Shown: positions 39,123 through 49,664, counted from the first letter of the stretch. The stretch: DNA of 64,000 nt from Desulfomicrobium sp. (GCA_040768745.1 JAXGMI010000002.1:800001-864000); one strand, 5' to 3'. The notes: generated by a model from the letters alone, not told the origin. Program-made: numbers and translations.

Positions 39123-39148
39123 GTCACGCATGTCCTGAAAAACGTGAC
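39123..39148. promoter_or_regulatory. putative TunR operator (modBC)
   Basis: GTCACG-N14-CGTGAC. Confidence 0.8.
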
Positions 39149-39186
39149 CAGTGCCATATTCACGACGTAAACCGGATTTTGAACAT

Positions 39187-39212
39187 AAAAAAAGCCCGTC
39201 GAGACGGGCTTT
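39187..39212 (-). terminator. intrinsic terminator of the RRM gene
   Basis: aagcccgtc-tc-gacgggc followed by a T tract on the minus strand. Confidence 0.75.
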
Positions 39213-39231
39213 CCGGATGCTTTGGGCTGAC

Positions 39232-39495
39232 TTAGTAGCGGCTGCGGCTTTCGCGGGGCTGCGCTTCGTTGACCTTCAGGCTGCGGCCCTGACAGTCGGT
39301 GCCGTTCAGCGCCTGGATGGACTTGCGGGCGCCTTCTTCATCCATCTCCACGAAGCCGAAGCCACGGGAGCGACCGGTTTCACGGTCCTCGATGACATGG
39401 GCGGAAGTGACTTGGCCATACTGGGAAAACATGGCGTGAAGATCAGAATCGGAGGTCGACCAGGACAGATTACCAACATAGATGTTCTTAGACAA
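39232..39495 (-). CDS. RRM RNA-binding protein
   Basis: RNP2 IYVGNL, RNP1 RGFGFVEM; TTG start. Confidence 0.93.
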   Translation of the reverse strand: MSKNIYVGNLSWSTSDSDLHAMFSQYGQVTSAHVIEDRETGRSRGFGFVEMDEEGARKSIQALNGTDCQGRSLKVNEAQPRESRSRY

Positions 39496-39826
39496 AACAG
39501 AAACTCCAATGAAAAAAGAGGAATAAAAAAGCTTTGATCCTGATGAAAACAGAATTAATCAGGATTGCAAAATCACATGCAAAGTTCCATAGAATTTATA
39601 TGAATAATTTCGCAAAGCAGATGTTGACTATGCATGTTCGGAAATGTTGTCAATAAATATTATGAATTATTTCATAGAAAAGTATTTTTTCACGCAGCCA
39701 ACATTATTTAAAAAAATTTCATCCAGCAGATTTGTAAATTTTTTGTGCCATTATGATTAAAAAATAAATCCACTTTTTTCAAATTATATCTTACGATTTT
39801 TTTTATCTTGTAAATTGATGTATATT

Positions 39827-40759
39827 TTACTTTATTTTATAAAAAATCCCCCTACTTTGCCGCACTGTCACGATTTTATTTTCTTTTTCCAATATGGTTA
39901 AATACTTGTTTATCTCATTTCTATGCAGCCCTAATATCTTCGAAAGATCTTCCAGCGTACAAGGTCTTCGTAAAATTGTTTCATACATAGCTGATTCAAC
40001 ATCTTTTCTATACGAATCCGAATTTTTTCGTTGTGGCGATGCTGCAATTATTTCAACATTATCCATTTCAAAAAATTCACGAATACGTTCAAGATCTTCT
40101 CTTGAAGCAGCCGTCAGTTCTTGTACCAGACCTGGCCTGTCCAATGTATTGAGCTGAACAGAATCAGGATTTATCCTCACTATTGCCTTTTTCATTTCCG
40201 ACAATTCTTCTGGATTGTCATTGTACCCAGGCAGAATAAACACCTCGAGCCAAATTTTTCCATGGAATTCTTCTCGAAATGCAACCAGTCCTTCAATATA
40301 TTGGCCGATCGTCAAGCTTTTGTGAGGTCGATTTATCTTTTGAAATACTTCTTCCGTCCCAGCATCCAACGAAGGAAGCACAAGATTCGCATTCAACAAC
40401 GATTCTCTGACGCTTTTTTCATGAAACAAGGTTCCGTTCGTCAGGATCGCAACTGGAATTTGCGGACGACTGTGTTGAACAAAATCCATTATATTTTTCA
40501 AATTGCTGTGCAAAGTTGGCTCTCCTGACCCCGAAAATGTGATATAGTCCGGGTCCGGATTTTCAGCAAAATAGCGTTCCAGCTCTGCCATGATTTTCTG
40601 CGTGTTGAAATATTCCTTTCTTTCAACGGTCAATCGTGTTGTCTTCCCGACCTCACAATAGACACAGTCAAGAGAACATACCTTCCTGGGAACCAGATCA
40701 ATTCCCAGGGACATGCCCAGGCGCCGTGAAGGCACAGGGCCGAATACATATTTGTACAT
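39827..40759 (-). CDS. radical SAM protein
   Basis: FGPVPSRRLGMSLG, CSLDCVYC, FSGSGEPT. Confidence 0.92.
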   Translation of the reverse strand: MYKYVFGPVPSRRLGMSLGIDLVPRKVCSLDCVYCEVGKTTRLTVERKEYFNTQKIMAELERYFAENPDPDYITFSGSGEPTLHSNLKNIMDFVQHSRPQIPVAILTNGTLFHEKSVRESLLNANLVLPSLDAGTEEVFQKINRPHKSLTIGQYIEGLVAFREEFHGKIWLEVFILPGYNDNPEELSEMKKAIVRINPDSVQLNTLDRPGLVQELTAASREDLERIREFFEMDNVEIIAASPQRKNSDSYRKDVESAMYETILRRPCTLEDLSKILGLHRNEINKYLTILEKENKIVTVRQSRGIFYKIK

Positions 40760-40797
40760 GGCGATTCCTTTTTCAGGCGATCAATGATGCGGTCAAT

Positions 40798-41637
40798 TCA
40801 GAACAGGCCCGTGTCCAACTGCATCCCAGCATACCCCGTGCGCACATCGCAGTCCAGATTCTCGCGCAGGCAGGTAATGGCCGCATCGCCTGTGCAGTGG
40901 CAGGGAATCAGGAGTCCTGGCCGCATTTTGCGCAGGGCGAGCACAGTCTTGGCCAGACGTTCCGGGCTGGCCGCGCCCAGGTGCAGGCCGCCGATGACCA
41001 CCCTGATGCGGTCCTCGCCGGTGATCTGACGCAGATATTTGAGCGTATTGATCAGACCGGCGTGGCAACACCCCAGGCACACCACCAGCCCTGCATCCGT
41101 GGCGATCCACATCGCCTGGTCATCGGCCAGTTGGTCGGGTCGGCGGCCCAGGTGGTCATGGTAGAACGGGCCTCCCGTATCCTCGAAGCCCGACATTCTG
41201 GGGACTGCCCCTGTCAGACCCATTCCTTCACGGATAAGGACGGGCTGTGTGACCCAGTGCATGCGCGACTCTGACACGGATTGGAGGGTGCGCATGGATG
41301 TCTCCGGGATGCCGATATCCCGCACCACGCCGTCGCGGATGCTGTAACGCAGCTCCGCCACTTCCGGATGGCAATAGACGTGGGCCTGCGGGGCTGCCCC
41401 CAAGACCTGGGACACGGCACCGGTGTGGTCGTAGTGGCCATGGCTGAGAACCAGGGCGTCGGTCCAACCCAGATCGATGTCCAGCGTGTGGGCGTTCGCG
41501 GCCAGGGCATGGCCCTGGCCGGTGTCAAGCAGAACGCGCGTATCTCCCGTGTCAACCCACAGGGCAAAACCATGCTCTTCGACACACCCGCTACCTGCCC
41601 GGTTATCCACCAGAATGGTCAATTCCGCATGCTGCAT
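40798..41637 (-). CDS. MBL-fold metallohydrolase
   Basis: EHGF, DTG, SHGHYDHTG, GCCHAG, GGLH, CHCTG. Confidence 0.9.
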   Translation of the reverse strand: MQHAELTILVDNRAGSGCVEEHGFALWVDTGDTRVLLDTGQGHALAANAHTLDIDLGWTDALVLSHGHYDHTGAVSQVLGAAPQAHVYCHPEVAELRYSIRDGVVRDIGIPETSMRTLQSVSESRMHWVTQPVLIREGMGLTGAVPRMSGFEDTGGPFYHDHLGRRPDQLADDQAMWIATDAGLVVCLGCCHAGLINTLKYLRQITGEDRIRVVIGGLHLGAASPERLAKTVLALRKMRPGLLIPCHCTGDAAITCLRENLDCDVRTGYAGMQLDTGLF

Positions 41638-41656
41638 GGCCTGTACCCCTAACCCT

Positions 41657-42574
41657 TCACAATCCGTTCTCCGGCAACTCCAGCAACGTCGCGACCACGG
41701 AACGCATGAGTTCTGCCGTATGGCTCGTGGCGTGCTGCATGACGAAAGCCCTTCCTTCGTCCCCTGATTCTGCCACAAGCGGATCTATGGGAAGGGAACC
41801 CATAAACGGCACCCCCATGTCCTGGGCCATGGCCCGTCCCCCGCCGGATCGCAGGATCTGGGTCACCTCCCCGCATTTTGGGCACACGAACCCGCTCATG
41901 TTCTCCACCACGCCCAGCACCCTCATGCCGACCTGGGCACAGAACGTGATGGATTTGCGCACATCCATGGCAGCCACCCGCTGCGGCGTGGTCACAACGA
42001 CGGCGCCGTCGATAGGGTTGATCAGCTGGCACACGGACAACGGCTCGTCTCCTGTACCTGGGGGAGCGTCGATAATCAGGTAATCCAGGTCCCCCCAGGC
42101 CACATCCTTCAGAAACTGCTTGATGACGCCCCCTTTGACCGGTCCGCGCCAGATAACTGCGTCATCGGGGTTGCGCAGCAGAAACCCCATGGACATGACC
42201 TTGAGGTCGCCCACCTCGACGGGCAGCAGTCCATCTGGAGAAGCCTCGATGCTCGCGCCTTCCAGGCCGAGCATGGTTGGGACGCTCGGTCCATGGATGT
42301 CCACATCCAGCAGCCCCACCTTTTTGCCCGCCAGCATGAGCCCCATGGCCAGATTGACGGCCACGGTGCTCTTCCCTACCCCTCCCTTGCCGGACATGAC
42401 CATGATCTTGTGCCTGATGCGGCACAGCCGCGACTGCAGTTCCCGTCGCTCCTCAAAATCCTTGTCGTCCTCCCCTGCCTGCCGCTTGGCGACCGAACAG
42501 GAGGAATCAGTGCACCCCTCGCACGAACTGGTCTTGGAGCGGGCCGCTGCCTCTCTGTGCTTCATGTTCGCCAT
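41657..42574 (-). CDS. Mrp/NBP35 (ApbC) Fe-S carrier ATPase
   Basis: [33 protein letters not shown]. Confidence 0.93.
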   Translation of the reverse strand: MANMKHREAAARSKTSSCEGCTDSSCSVAKRQAGEDDKDFEERRELQSRLCRIRHKIMVMSGKGGVGKSTVAVNLAMGLMLAGKKVGLLDVDIHGPSVPTMLGLEGASIEASPDGLLPVEVGDLKVMSMGFLLRNPDDAVIWRGPVKGGVIKQFLKDVAWGDLDYLIIDAPPGTGDEPLSVCQLINPIDGAVVVTTPQRVAAMDVRKSITFCAQVGMRVLGVVENMSGFVCPKCGEVTQILRSGGGRAMAQDMGVPFMGSLPIDPLVAESGDEGRAFVMQHATSHTAELMRSVVATLLELPENGL

Positions 42575-42596
42575 CCACGCCCTCCATCTGTTCCTG

Positions 42597-42926
42597 TTAT
42601 GTGTTGCTGACTTGGCTGAGCAGCTTGGTCAAGGCCGTGAGTTCCTCCTCCAGCTGGCGTACCCTGATCTGCAGGGCTTCCGCTCCGGCCAGTGCTGCGG
42701 GAGTTTCCTGCTGTACGGCCGGAACAGCACCCGGACCTGACGTCATCCTCCGGCAGATTCCCCGCCCCCGGAAGCACCTCCATCCGCTCCCCCGGCCAAA
42801 ACGCGCCGATCCTTGCTCAACCCGCTGCGACGGCCCGTCGCCCAATTCCGGATCCGTACACAGCCAGGCCCCGCGGCCTGTTTGCGGTCCGAGTCCTTGT
42901 GGTCCTGTTCCGTCCCCTCGTGGCAT
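42597..42926 (-). CDS. DUF5320 family protein
   Basis: [20 protein letters not shown]-terminal coiled coil, AGGAGG RBS. Confidence 0.85.
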   Translation of the reverse strand: MPRGDGTGPQGLGPQTGRGAWLCTDPELGDGPSQRVEQGSARFGRGSGWRCFRGRGICRRMTSGPGAVPAVQQETPAALAGAEALQIRVRQLEEELTALTKLLSQVSNT

Positions 42927-43309
42927 GACACCCTCCTGTGTTGACGTTGTCTTCGGCCTTGACCATCCCGGCCAAAACCCAACCCCCTGCACCCGGGCAT
43001 GACAAAGGTTTCATCCAGGTTGCCATGCCTCCAGGCCTCCATGACCTGCACGACTTCTCCGGTCACGAACCCCATGACACGGATGCCCTTGACGGCAAGA
43101 GCTTCCTGCATGGCCTGGGAAATGGCCCCGCAGATGAGCACATCCACCTCCAGATTCGCCAGTTCCTCGGCCCGGAACATGGGGTAGGACTGAACCAGGA
43201 TCCGGCTTTCCCACTCCCCAGCTCTTTCGATGGACACCAGAATCTGCCCGCCGGTATCAAAAACCGGGGCTACACGGCCTTGCCAATGGTGGATTGCAAC
43301 GCGTGACAT
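42743..43309 (-). CDS. NifB/NifX-family cofactor-binding protein
   Basis: RVAPVFD, VLICGAIS, MPGC; C-terminus overlaps the DUF5320 gene. Confidence 0.8.
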   Translation of the reverse strand: MSRVAIHHWQGRVAPVFDTGGQILVSIERAGEWESRILVQSYPMFRAEELANLEVDVLICGAISQAMQEALAVKGIRVMGFVTGEVVQVMEAWRHGNLDETFVMPGCRGLGFGRDGQGRRQRQHRRVSCHEGTEQDHKDSDRKQAAGPGCVRIRNWATGRRSGLSKDRRVLAGGADGGASGGGESAGG

Positions 43310-43335
43310 GCAGGCTCCTCCCGAACGTTCGGTCT

Positions 43336-43351
43336 TGCAGGAAGCACGCCA
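43336..43351 (-). promoter_or_regulatory. sigma54 -24/-12 promoter
   Basis: TGGCGT-gcttc-CTGCA with correct GG-N10-GC spacing, AT-rich tract upstream, next to a sigma54 activator. Confidence 0.7.
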
Positions 43352-43467
43352 CTGATCGGAGAGAGTGGAACCAATTCATCGACTTGATTTTATTGATAAT
43401 TATAAATCGGAAAAATTAAGAGAGTTGCAGCTCCGCTCCAGAAGAAGAGTTGTTGGATGCAATATTG

Positions 43468-44844
43468 CTACTCTACTTTCCTGGATCGGCCATCCACATC
43501 AGGCAGGGCCATGCCCAGACGCTTCATGCGCCTGAACAAGGTGGTTTTGTGGATTCCCAATTCCCGTGCAGCAGCCAACCGGCTGAAATTATTTCGTTCC
43601 AAGGCATTTTGAATGGCCTGCATGTCGAGCAGACTATGCACCGAAGCCAAATCTTCCTGCCGGTGCGGACAGCTTGGGATCCTCAGGTCCTCGGGCAGGT
43701 GCGCCATGTCGATACGGCCATCGCCGCACAGGATGAACGCCCGTTCGATGACATTTTCCAGCTCACGGATGTTGCCTGGCCAGTCATGCGCCGTGAGCAG
43801 GGACAGGGTTTCAGCGCTGATGCCCGACACCGCGCGGTTCTGGATGCGGTTGAAGTGGCGGATGAACTGCTCAATCAGTATGCCGATGTCTTCCCTGCGT
43901 TCACGCAAGGGCGGCAACTCCAGGCGGACAACGTTGATGCGGTAGTAGAGGTCTTCACGGAATGTCCCGTCGCTGATCAACTTCGACAAGTTTCGATTGG
44001 TTGCGGCAATGACGCGTGCGTCGGTGGACTCGGTTTTGGACGAACCCAGGGGCTCAAAGGTACGCTCCTGCAAGACACGCAGAAGCCGCACCTGCAGGGC
44101 CGGGCTGATCTCCCCGATCTCGTCCAGAAAGATGCTCCCGCCTCGAGCCTGGGCAAAACGGCCCAATCTGTCCTTTATGGCGCCTGTGAAGGCCCCGGAC
44201 TTGTGCCCGAACAGCTCGGATTCGAGCAGGGTGTCAGGCAGGGCCGCACAGTTGACCGCCACAAAGGGGCCGGAACCCTGAGGACTCAGGGAGTGGATGG
44301 TCCGGGCAAAAAGCTCCTTTCCTGTTCCTGTTTCGCCCGTGATCAGCACCGTGCTGGGGCTGGCCGCAATGGCTGGCAGAACAGAAAAAAGACGCTGCAT
44401 GCGTGGGCTGCGGCTGGACAGCTCTCCCACATGGTAGCGTCCGTGCAACTCACGCTTCAGGGCATCGATCTCGGACAGGTCGCGAAAGGTCTCGGCCCCG
44501 CCTGCGGGCTTGCCGTCCGGATCCCGGAAAACCGCCGTGGATACGCTGATGGGCAGGCGCTCCCCCTGGGCCGTGACGATGTACCCGCAAATCCCGATGC
44601 GGGACTGCCCGCTGGCGAGGGTCTGCTGGAGAGGACAGTCGTCCCCGCAAAGACTGGAACGGAACACCTCTGAACACAATCGGCCCATGGCCTGGGTGCG
44701 TGAAACCCCTGTGATCTTTTCGGCCGCACGGTTGAAGGAGGTAATCCGCCACTGCAGATCCACGGTGAAAACCCCGTCCGAGATGCTTTCCAGAATGGCA
44801 TCCGTGGGAGCGAGGATAACCGTGTTCTTTGAACTGTCAGGCAT
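43468..44844 (-). CDS. PAS-domain sigma54 enhancer-binding protein (OrpR-like)
   Basis: PAS with CSEVFRSSLC...CP, GETGTGKE, GAFTGA, WPGNIREL, C-terminal HTH. Confidence 0.92.
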   Translation of the reverse strand: MPDSSKNTVILAPTDAILESISDGVFTVDLQWRITSFNRAAEKITGVSRTQAMGRLCSEVFRSSLCGDDCPLQQTLASGQSRIGICGYIVTAQGERLPISVSTAVFRDPDGKPAGGAETFRDLSEIDALKRELHGRYHVGELSSRSPRMQRLFSVLPAIAASPSTVLITGETGTGKELFARTIHSLSPQGSGPFVAVNCAALPDTLLESELFGHKSGAFTGAIKDRLGRFAQARGGSIFLDEIGEISPALQVRLLRVLQERTFEPLGSSKTESTDARVIAATNRNLSKLISDGTFREDLYYRINVVRLELPPLRERREDIGILIEQFIRHFNRIQNRAVSGISAETLSLLTAHDWPGNIRELENVIERAFILCGDGRIDMAHLPEDLRIPSCPHRQEDLASVHSLLDMQAIQNALERNNFSRLAAARELGIHKTTLFRRMKRLGMALPDVDGRSRKVE

Positions 44845-45145
44845 GCCCTCTCTTGATCCCAGCCTTGGCGCTGGTCAAGTCTGGCAGAAAAATAAGGAAA
44901 TCCGAAAAGCGCAGCCCGCTCTCCCCGCACCCCTGGCGGTCCTTTGGCCGAGGCCTTCCTGACAACGCCCGGCGGAGCAAACCATCCGATCAGGATTTCG
45001 CACGAATTTTCCGGCGGAAGGGCTGCATTCTGGGCGATCAATGCAGATCGCTCTGGTCTGAATAAAGCAATCTGCATCAGGTTTGACACAATTGCCGAAA
45101 AAGACATAACAATAGGCACTTTTCCACATAACCAGGAGGTAACCC

Positions 45146-46129
45146 ATGGAAATCGTCGCCCGTTTTGTGAACGCATCGCTCCTCGTCGCCCTGCTGGCCA
45201 TGGTTCTGGCCAGCCCAGCGGCCGCCGAACCGTCCGGCAAACTGATCATCTTCCATGCCGGCAGTCTGTCCGTCCCTTTCGCGGCCATGGAAAAGGCCTT
45301 TGAGGCCAAATACCCCAAGGTCGACATCCTGCGGGAAGCAGGGGGTAGCACCAAACTGGCCAGGACCATCACCGAACTTGGCAAACCCGCCGACATCATG
45401 GCCTCTGCCGACTACGAGGTCATCGACAAGATGCTCATCCCCGACGTGGCCAGCTGGAACGCCCGCTTCGCCACCAACCAGATCGTGCTCTGCTACACGG
45501 ATAAGAGCAAACACGCCGGCGAGATCAACGCCCAGAACTGGGCCGAGATTCTCCAGCGACCCGACGTGGTCTGGGGCCACTCGGATCCCAATCTGGACCC
45601 CGCCGGGTACCGCAGTCTCATGGCCATCCAATTGGCCGAGAAGTTCACCGGACAGGCCGGACTGTACGACAAGATCCTGGCCAACCGCCCGGAAAAGAAT
45701 GTACGGCCCAAATCCGTGGAACTCATTTCCATGCTGGAATCCGGCAACATGGACTACGCCTGGGAATATATGTCCGTCGCCGTGCAGCATGGTCTCAAGT
45801 TCGTCAGCTTCGACGACCACATCAACCTGAGCAATTACAAAATGGAGAGTTTCTACAAGACGGCCGTGGTCAAGGTCACAGGGTCCAAGCCCGGGGAATT
45901 CCAGGAGCTCAAGGGCGGCTCCATCACCTACGGGGCGACCATGCTGAAAAATGCCCCCAACCCTGCAGCTGCCGAGGCCTTCCTGGCCTACCTGTTCGAC
46001 CCCGAGGGAGGCCTGAAGATCCTCAAGGATCAAGGCCAGCCGCCTCTGAGCCCCGTGACAGTGGCAACGGAGGAGATGAAAAAGGCCATGCCTGCGAGCC
46101 TCTCGGGACTGGTCAGCGTGGTCAAATAA
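45146..46129 (+). CDS. wtpA: WtpA-type tungstate/molybdate binding protein
   Basis: [35 protein letters not shown]. Confidence 0.88.
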   Translation: MEIVARFVNASLLVALLAMVLASPAAAEPSGKLIIFHAGSLSVPFAAMEKAFEAKYPKVDILREAGGSTKLARTITELGKPADIMASADYEVIDKMLIPDVASWNARFATNQIVLCYTDKSKHAGEINAQNWAEILQRPDVVWGHSDPNLDPAGYRSLMAIQLAEKFTGQAGLYDKILANRPEKNVRPKSVELISMLESGNMDYAWEYMSVAVQHGLKFVSFDDHINLSNYKMESFYKTAVVKVTGSKPGEFQELKGGSITYGATMLKNAPNPAAAEAFLAYLFDPEGGLKILKDQGQPPLSPVTVATEEMKKAMPASLSGLVSVVK

Positions 46130-46951
46130 ATGCGCGCCTTTCCTGCGACGGAAGGCCGGGCGGGAGTGCTGCCCGGCCTTATCTTTCACCTATGGGTTGT
46201 TACGTCCTGCGTGCTGGTCCTGCTTTTCATCGCCGCACCTCTGGCGCGAACCATTGCTTCCCCGACGTTGGAACAGATGCTCGCGACCCTCCGCGACGCG
46301 GATGTTTTGCGTTCCGTGGGTCTTTCCATCTGGGCTTCGGCCCTGGCTTCTGTCCTGGCCCTGATCCTGGGCACCCCTCTGGCCTACGTCCTGGCCCGGC
46401 GCACGTTCCGGGGCAAGAAAATCGTCGAAAGCCTCATCGACCTGCCCATCATGATCCCCCATCCCGTAGTGGGCATCGCCCTTTTAACCTTGGCTGGCCG
46501 CAATAACTGGTTCGGACGGATTCTGACGGACATGGGTGTCAATATCATGGGCTCCATTACCGGCATCACGGCTGTGCTCTTTTTCGTTGGCCTGCCCTTT
46601 TATATCAATACGGTCAAAAACGGATTCGAGAACGTGCCCGTTCGTCTGGAAAATGTCTCTCGCTCTCTGGGGGCCGGCCCCAGCGCGACCTTTTTCCGCA
46701 TCACCCTACCCCTGTGCAGCAGGTCCATGCTGGTCGGCATGATCATGTGCATGGCCCGGGCCTTGAGCGAGTTCGGGGCCGTGGTCATCGTCGCCTACCA
46801 CCCCATGGTCGCGCCGGTGCTCATGTACGAACGTTTCACAGCCTACGGGCTGAGCTATTCCCAGCCTGTGGCCGTCATCCTGATTCTGGTCAGCCTGCTA
46901 TTCTTCTTCCTGCTGCGCGTCCTGTCCAAGTCCGAGAAGGAGGAGGCGTGA
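46130..46951 (+). CDS. wtpB: tungstate ABC permease
   Basis: DLPIMIPHPVVGI, ARALSEFGAVVIVAYHP. Confidence 0.85.
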   Translation: MRAFPATEGRAGVLPGLIFHLWVVTSCVLVLLFIAAPLARTIASPTLEQMLATLRDADVLRSVGLSIWASALASVLALILGTPLAYVLARRTFRGKKIVESLIDLPIMIPHPVVGIALLTLAGRNNWFGRILTDMGVNIMGSITGITAVLFFVGLPFYINTVKNGFENVPVRLENVSRSLGAGPSATFFRITLPLCSRSMLVGMIMCMARALSEFGAVVIVAYHPMVAPVLMYERFTAYGLSYSQPVAVILILVSLLFFFLLRVLSKSEKEEA

Positions 46952-48000
46952 TTCGCGTCTCCGGTCTGAGCCTGCGCCTGGGAGATTTTGCCCTCCAAGA
47001 CGTCAGTCTGCATGTCAGGCCGGGCGAATTCTTCGCGCTCATGGGACCAACGGGATCCGGCAAGACCGTGGTTCTGGAATCCATTGCCGGGCTGATCCAA
47101 TGGCAGCGGGGAGAAATCCATATCGCCGGCCGGGATGTCACCGCGTTGCCGCCTGAACGGCGCAGGGTCAGTCTCGTCTATCAGGATCACGCACTTTTCC
47201 CCCACCTGACCGTGCTCGAGAACGTCATTTTCGGACAGCGATACCATGGAATCTCCCCTGCAGACGGCCTGAGGGAGGCCAATGAGCTTCTGGATAGGCT
47301 GGGGCTCTCCCGCCTGTGCGGGCGCACACCGGAGAATTTGAGCGGCGGGGAAAAACAGCGCGTGGCCTTGGCCCGCGCCCTGGCCTGCCGCCCAAATGTC
47401 GTGCTTCTGGACGAACCCCTGTCATCTTTGGACCCCCAGTTCCGTGACGATTTACGCTCGGCCCTGAAGACCTTGCACATGCAGATGAACCTGACCGTGC
47501 TCATGGTTACGCACGACTTTGTCGATGCATTGAGTCTGGCCAGCCGCGCGGCAGTGATCCGGGGAGGACGGATGGAGCAGGTGGGACAGATCGACGAGAT
47601 TTTCCGGCAACCGCGGTCGACCTTCGTGGCCGCCTTTGTGGGTATGAAAAACGTGTTCAGGGTGACCAGTCCTGGTCTGTGCGAGTTGGGGAATGGGGTG
47701 GGATTCGCTGTGCCGGATGCGGCACACGGTGCCATGGCCCTTCGTCCGGAAGACGTGTTCGTGACCCGCAACCCGGATCTCCCCGGGAACTGGATCTGCC
47801 TGCCGGCCAAGATACGCTCCGTCCGCCATGAAGGCTTCTCCTGGTTCACTGAGGCGGTTTGCGGACATGCGGTGATCACCGCCGCGTTGGACCGGCAGTG
47901 TCTGATGGCGGGCGGACTCGAACCCGGGAGTCCGGTATGGCTGGGATTTACGCCGGAACGCCTGCACCTGGTGCCTGACGGAAGTGACGAAACCGGCTGA
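46948..48000 (+). CDS. wtpC: tungstate ABC ATPase
   Basis: GTGA overlap with wtpB; GPTGSGKT, LSGGEKQR, LLDEP. Confidence 0.85.
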   Translation: MIRVSGLSLRLGDFALQDVSLHVRPGEFFALMGPTGSGKTVVLESIAGLIQWQRGEIHIAGRDVTALPPERRRVSLVYQDHALFPHLTVLENVIFGQRYHGISPADGLREANELLDRLGLSRLCGRTPENLSGGEKQRVALARALACRPNVVLLDEPLSSLDPQFRDDLRSALKTLHMQMNLTVLMVTHDFVDALSLASRAAVIRGGRMEQVGQIDEIFRQPRSTFVAAFVGMKNVFRVTSPGLCELGNGVGFAVPDAAHGAMALRPEDVFVTRNPDLPGNWICLPAKIRSVRHEGFSWFTEAVCGHAVITAALDRQCLMAGGLEPGSPVWLGFTPERLHLVPDGSDETG

Positions 48001-48184
48001 AGCAGAAGGAGGATCTTGTGATTTTCCCCGCCCGGCCTAGCCGGCTGTCCTGCTGGACAGCATGCGGCGTCCTGCAGGGTCCGCACGGGACTTCCCAATA
48101 AGTTCAAGTTCCTTCCGCTTTTTGACCTGAATCGCGGAACATGTTTTCGGAGTCTGCATCAGGTCACAGGATCATGATTTATCC

Positions 48185-48208
48185 TTGACAATAACAATTA
48201 TCATTAAT
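48185..48208 (+). promoter_or_regulatory. Fur/PerR-family box overlapping a -35 TTGACA
   Basis: ttgacaataacaattatcattaat; right half-site ATTATCA is perfect. Confidence 0.55.
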
Positions 48209-48281
48209 TATTGCGATAAAAACTTAAGGCTGAAAATCCGACTCATCTCCAAGAATCATGGCCTGAAATGAGGGTTATTCT

Positions 48282-49664
48282 ATGTACTTCAAACAGATAC
48301 AGGTTCCCGGCTTGGGCTGCTTCTCCTACGTGCTGGGCTGTCCGGCCATCGGAGAAATGATCGTCGTGGACCCCAAACGCGACATCGGCGATTATCTCGA
48401 CATTTCCCGCGAAGAGGGCATGCGCATCACGCGCATCATCGATACCCATGTCCATGCGGACCACGTTTCGGGAGCCCATGAGCTGTCCTCCCGCACCAAA
48501 GCCCCGATTTGCATGCATCCGGACACCCCGGCCACATTCCCGTTCACCCCGCTTCCCGAGGGCACGGTGCTTCAGGCGGGTGCCGCTCGTCTGGAGGTTC
48601 TCCACACCCCAGGCCACACCCCGCACTCCCTCTCGCTGCTGGTCTCGGACTTGGCGCGCTCCCCTGAACCCTGGCTGATCCTCACCGGCGACCTTCTCTT
48701 CGTTGGGGATATCGGCCGCCCAGACCTCGTAGGCAAGGCGGCCCTGGATGAACAGGTCCAGAACCTCTACAACTCCCTCTTTGTCAAACTGGGGGCCCTG
48801 CCCGACCACCTGGAGGTCTATCCGGCCCACGGCTCGGGCTCGCTGTGCGGCAAGGGCATGAGTCCCAAGCCCAGCTCCACCCTTGGCTACGAGCGCAGAC
48901 ACAACCCCCGGCTGCAGTACAGAGCATTCCAGGACTTCGCACTGGCCATGAGCCAGGATTTTCCGGCTCGGCCCAAGAGTTTCAGCCACATCATCTCCAC
49001 CAATGCCGGCGGGGCGCCGCTGCTCGACCGCTGTCCCCTGGAGCAGGCGCTGAGTGTGGAGGAATTCGAAAGGCACATGGCCAATGGAGCAGTCGTCATA
49101 GATGCCCGTGATGGTGCGGCTTTCGGCGGCTGCCATATTCCCGGCGCGCTGAACATCGGTTTTGAAAAGCAGCTGGCCAATTGGGTGGGCACGGTGGTGT
49201 CGCCCGAGTCCCGCATCCTTCTCGTGGTCAACAACCGCGACGCGTTCCAGGCCATGCGTACTGAACTCTACCGCATCGGCTACGACAACATCCTGGGATA
49301 CCTCGCCGGAGGCATGCAGGCCTGGATTTATTCCGGCCGCCAGGCCGACAGGCTGGAACAGGTCTCCGCTCCGGAACTCGCCCAGCGCATGAAAGCCAGT
49401 TCGGCCCCTCTGCTTCTCGATGTGCGCACCCCTCCCGAGTGGTCCCAGGGACATATCGAAGGAGCCCAGCATATGCCCTTCACGGAAATTCTCTCCGCCT
49501 GCTGCACCCTGCCAATCGACGATGAGGTGGTGGTCTACTGCGGCACGGGATATCGCTCGAACATGGCGGGTTCATTCATGAAAAGTCATGGATACCGCAA
49601 CGTCAAATCCCTGGCCGGCGGCTCTGGGGCCTGGAGCCGAGGCGGCCATTCCCTCGTCAAATAA
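48282..49664 (+). CDS. MBL-fold persulfide dioxygenase-like protein with two rhodanese domains (CstB-like)
   Basis: THVHADH, TPGHT, TGD, PAHGSGSLCG; first rhodanese lacks the catalytic Cys, second has CGTGYR. Confidence 0.88.
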   Translation: MYFKQIQVPGLGCFSYVLGCPAIGEMIVVDPKRDIGDYLDISREEGMRITRIIDTHVHADHVSGAHELSSRTKAPICMHPDTPATFPFTPLPEGTVLQAGAARLEVLHTPGHTPHSLSLLVSDLARSPEPWLILTGDLLFVGDIGRPDLVGKAALDEQVQNLYNSLFVKLGALPDHLEVYPAHGSGSLCGKGMSPKPSSTLGYERRHNPRLQYRAFQDFALAMSQDFPARPKSFSHIISTNAGGAPLLDRCPLEQALSVEEFERHMANGAVVIDARDGAAFGGCHIPGALNIGFEKQLANWVGTVVSPESRILLVVNNRDAFQAMRTELYRIGYDNILGYLAGGMQAWIYSGRQADRLEQVSAPELAQRMKASSAPLLLDVRTPPEWSQGHIEGAQHMPFTEILSACCTLPIDDEVVVYCGTGYRSNMAGSFMKSHGYRNVKSLAGGSGAWSRGGHSLVK

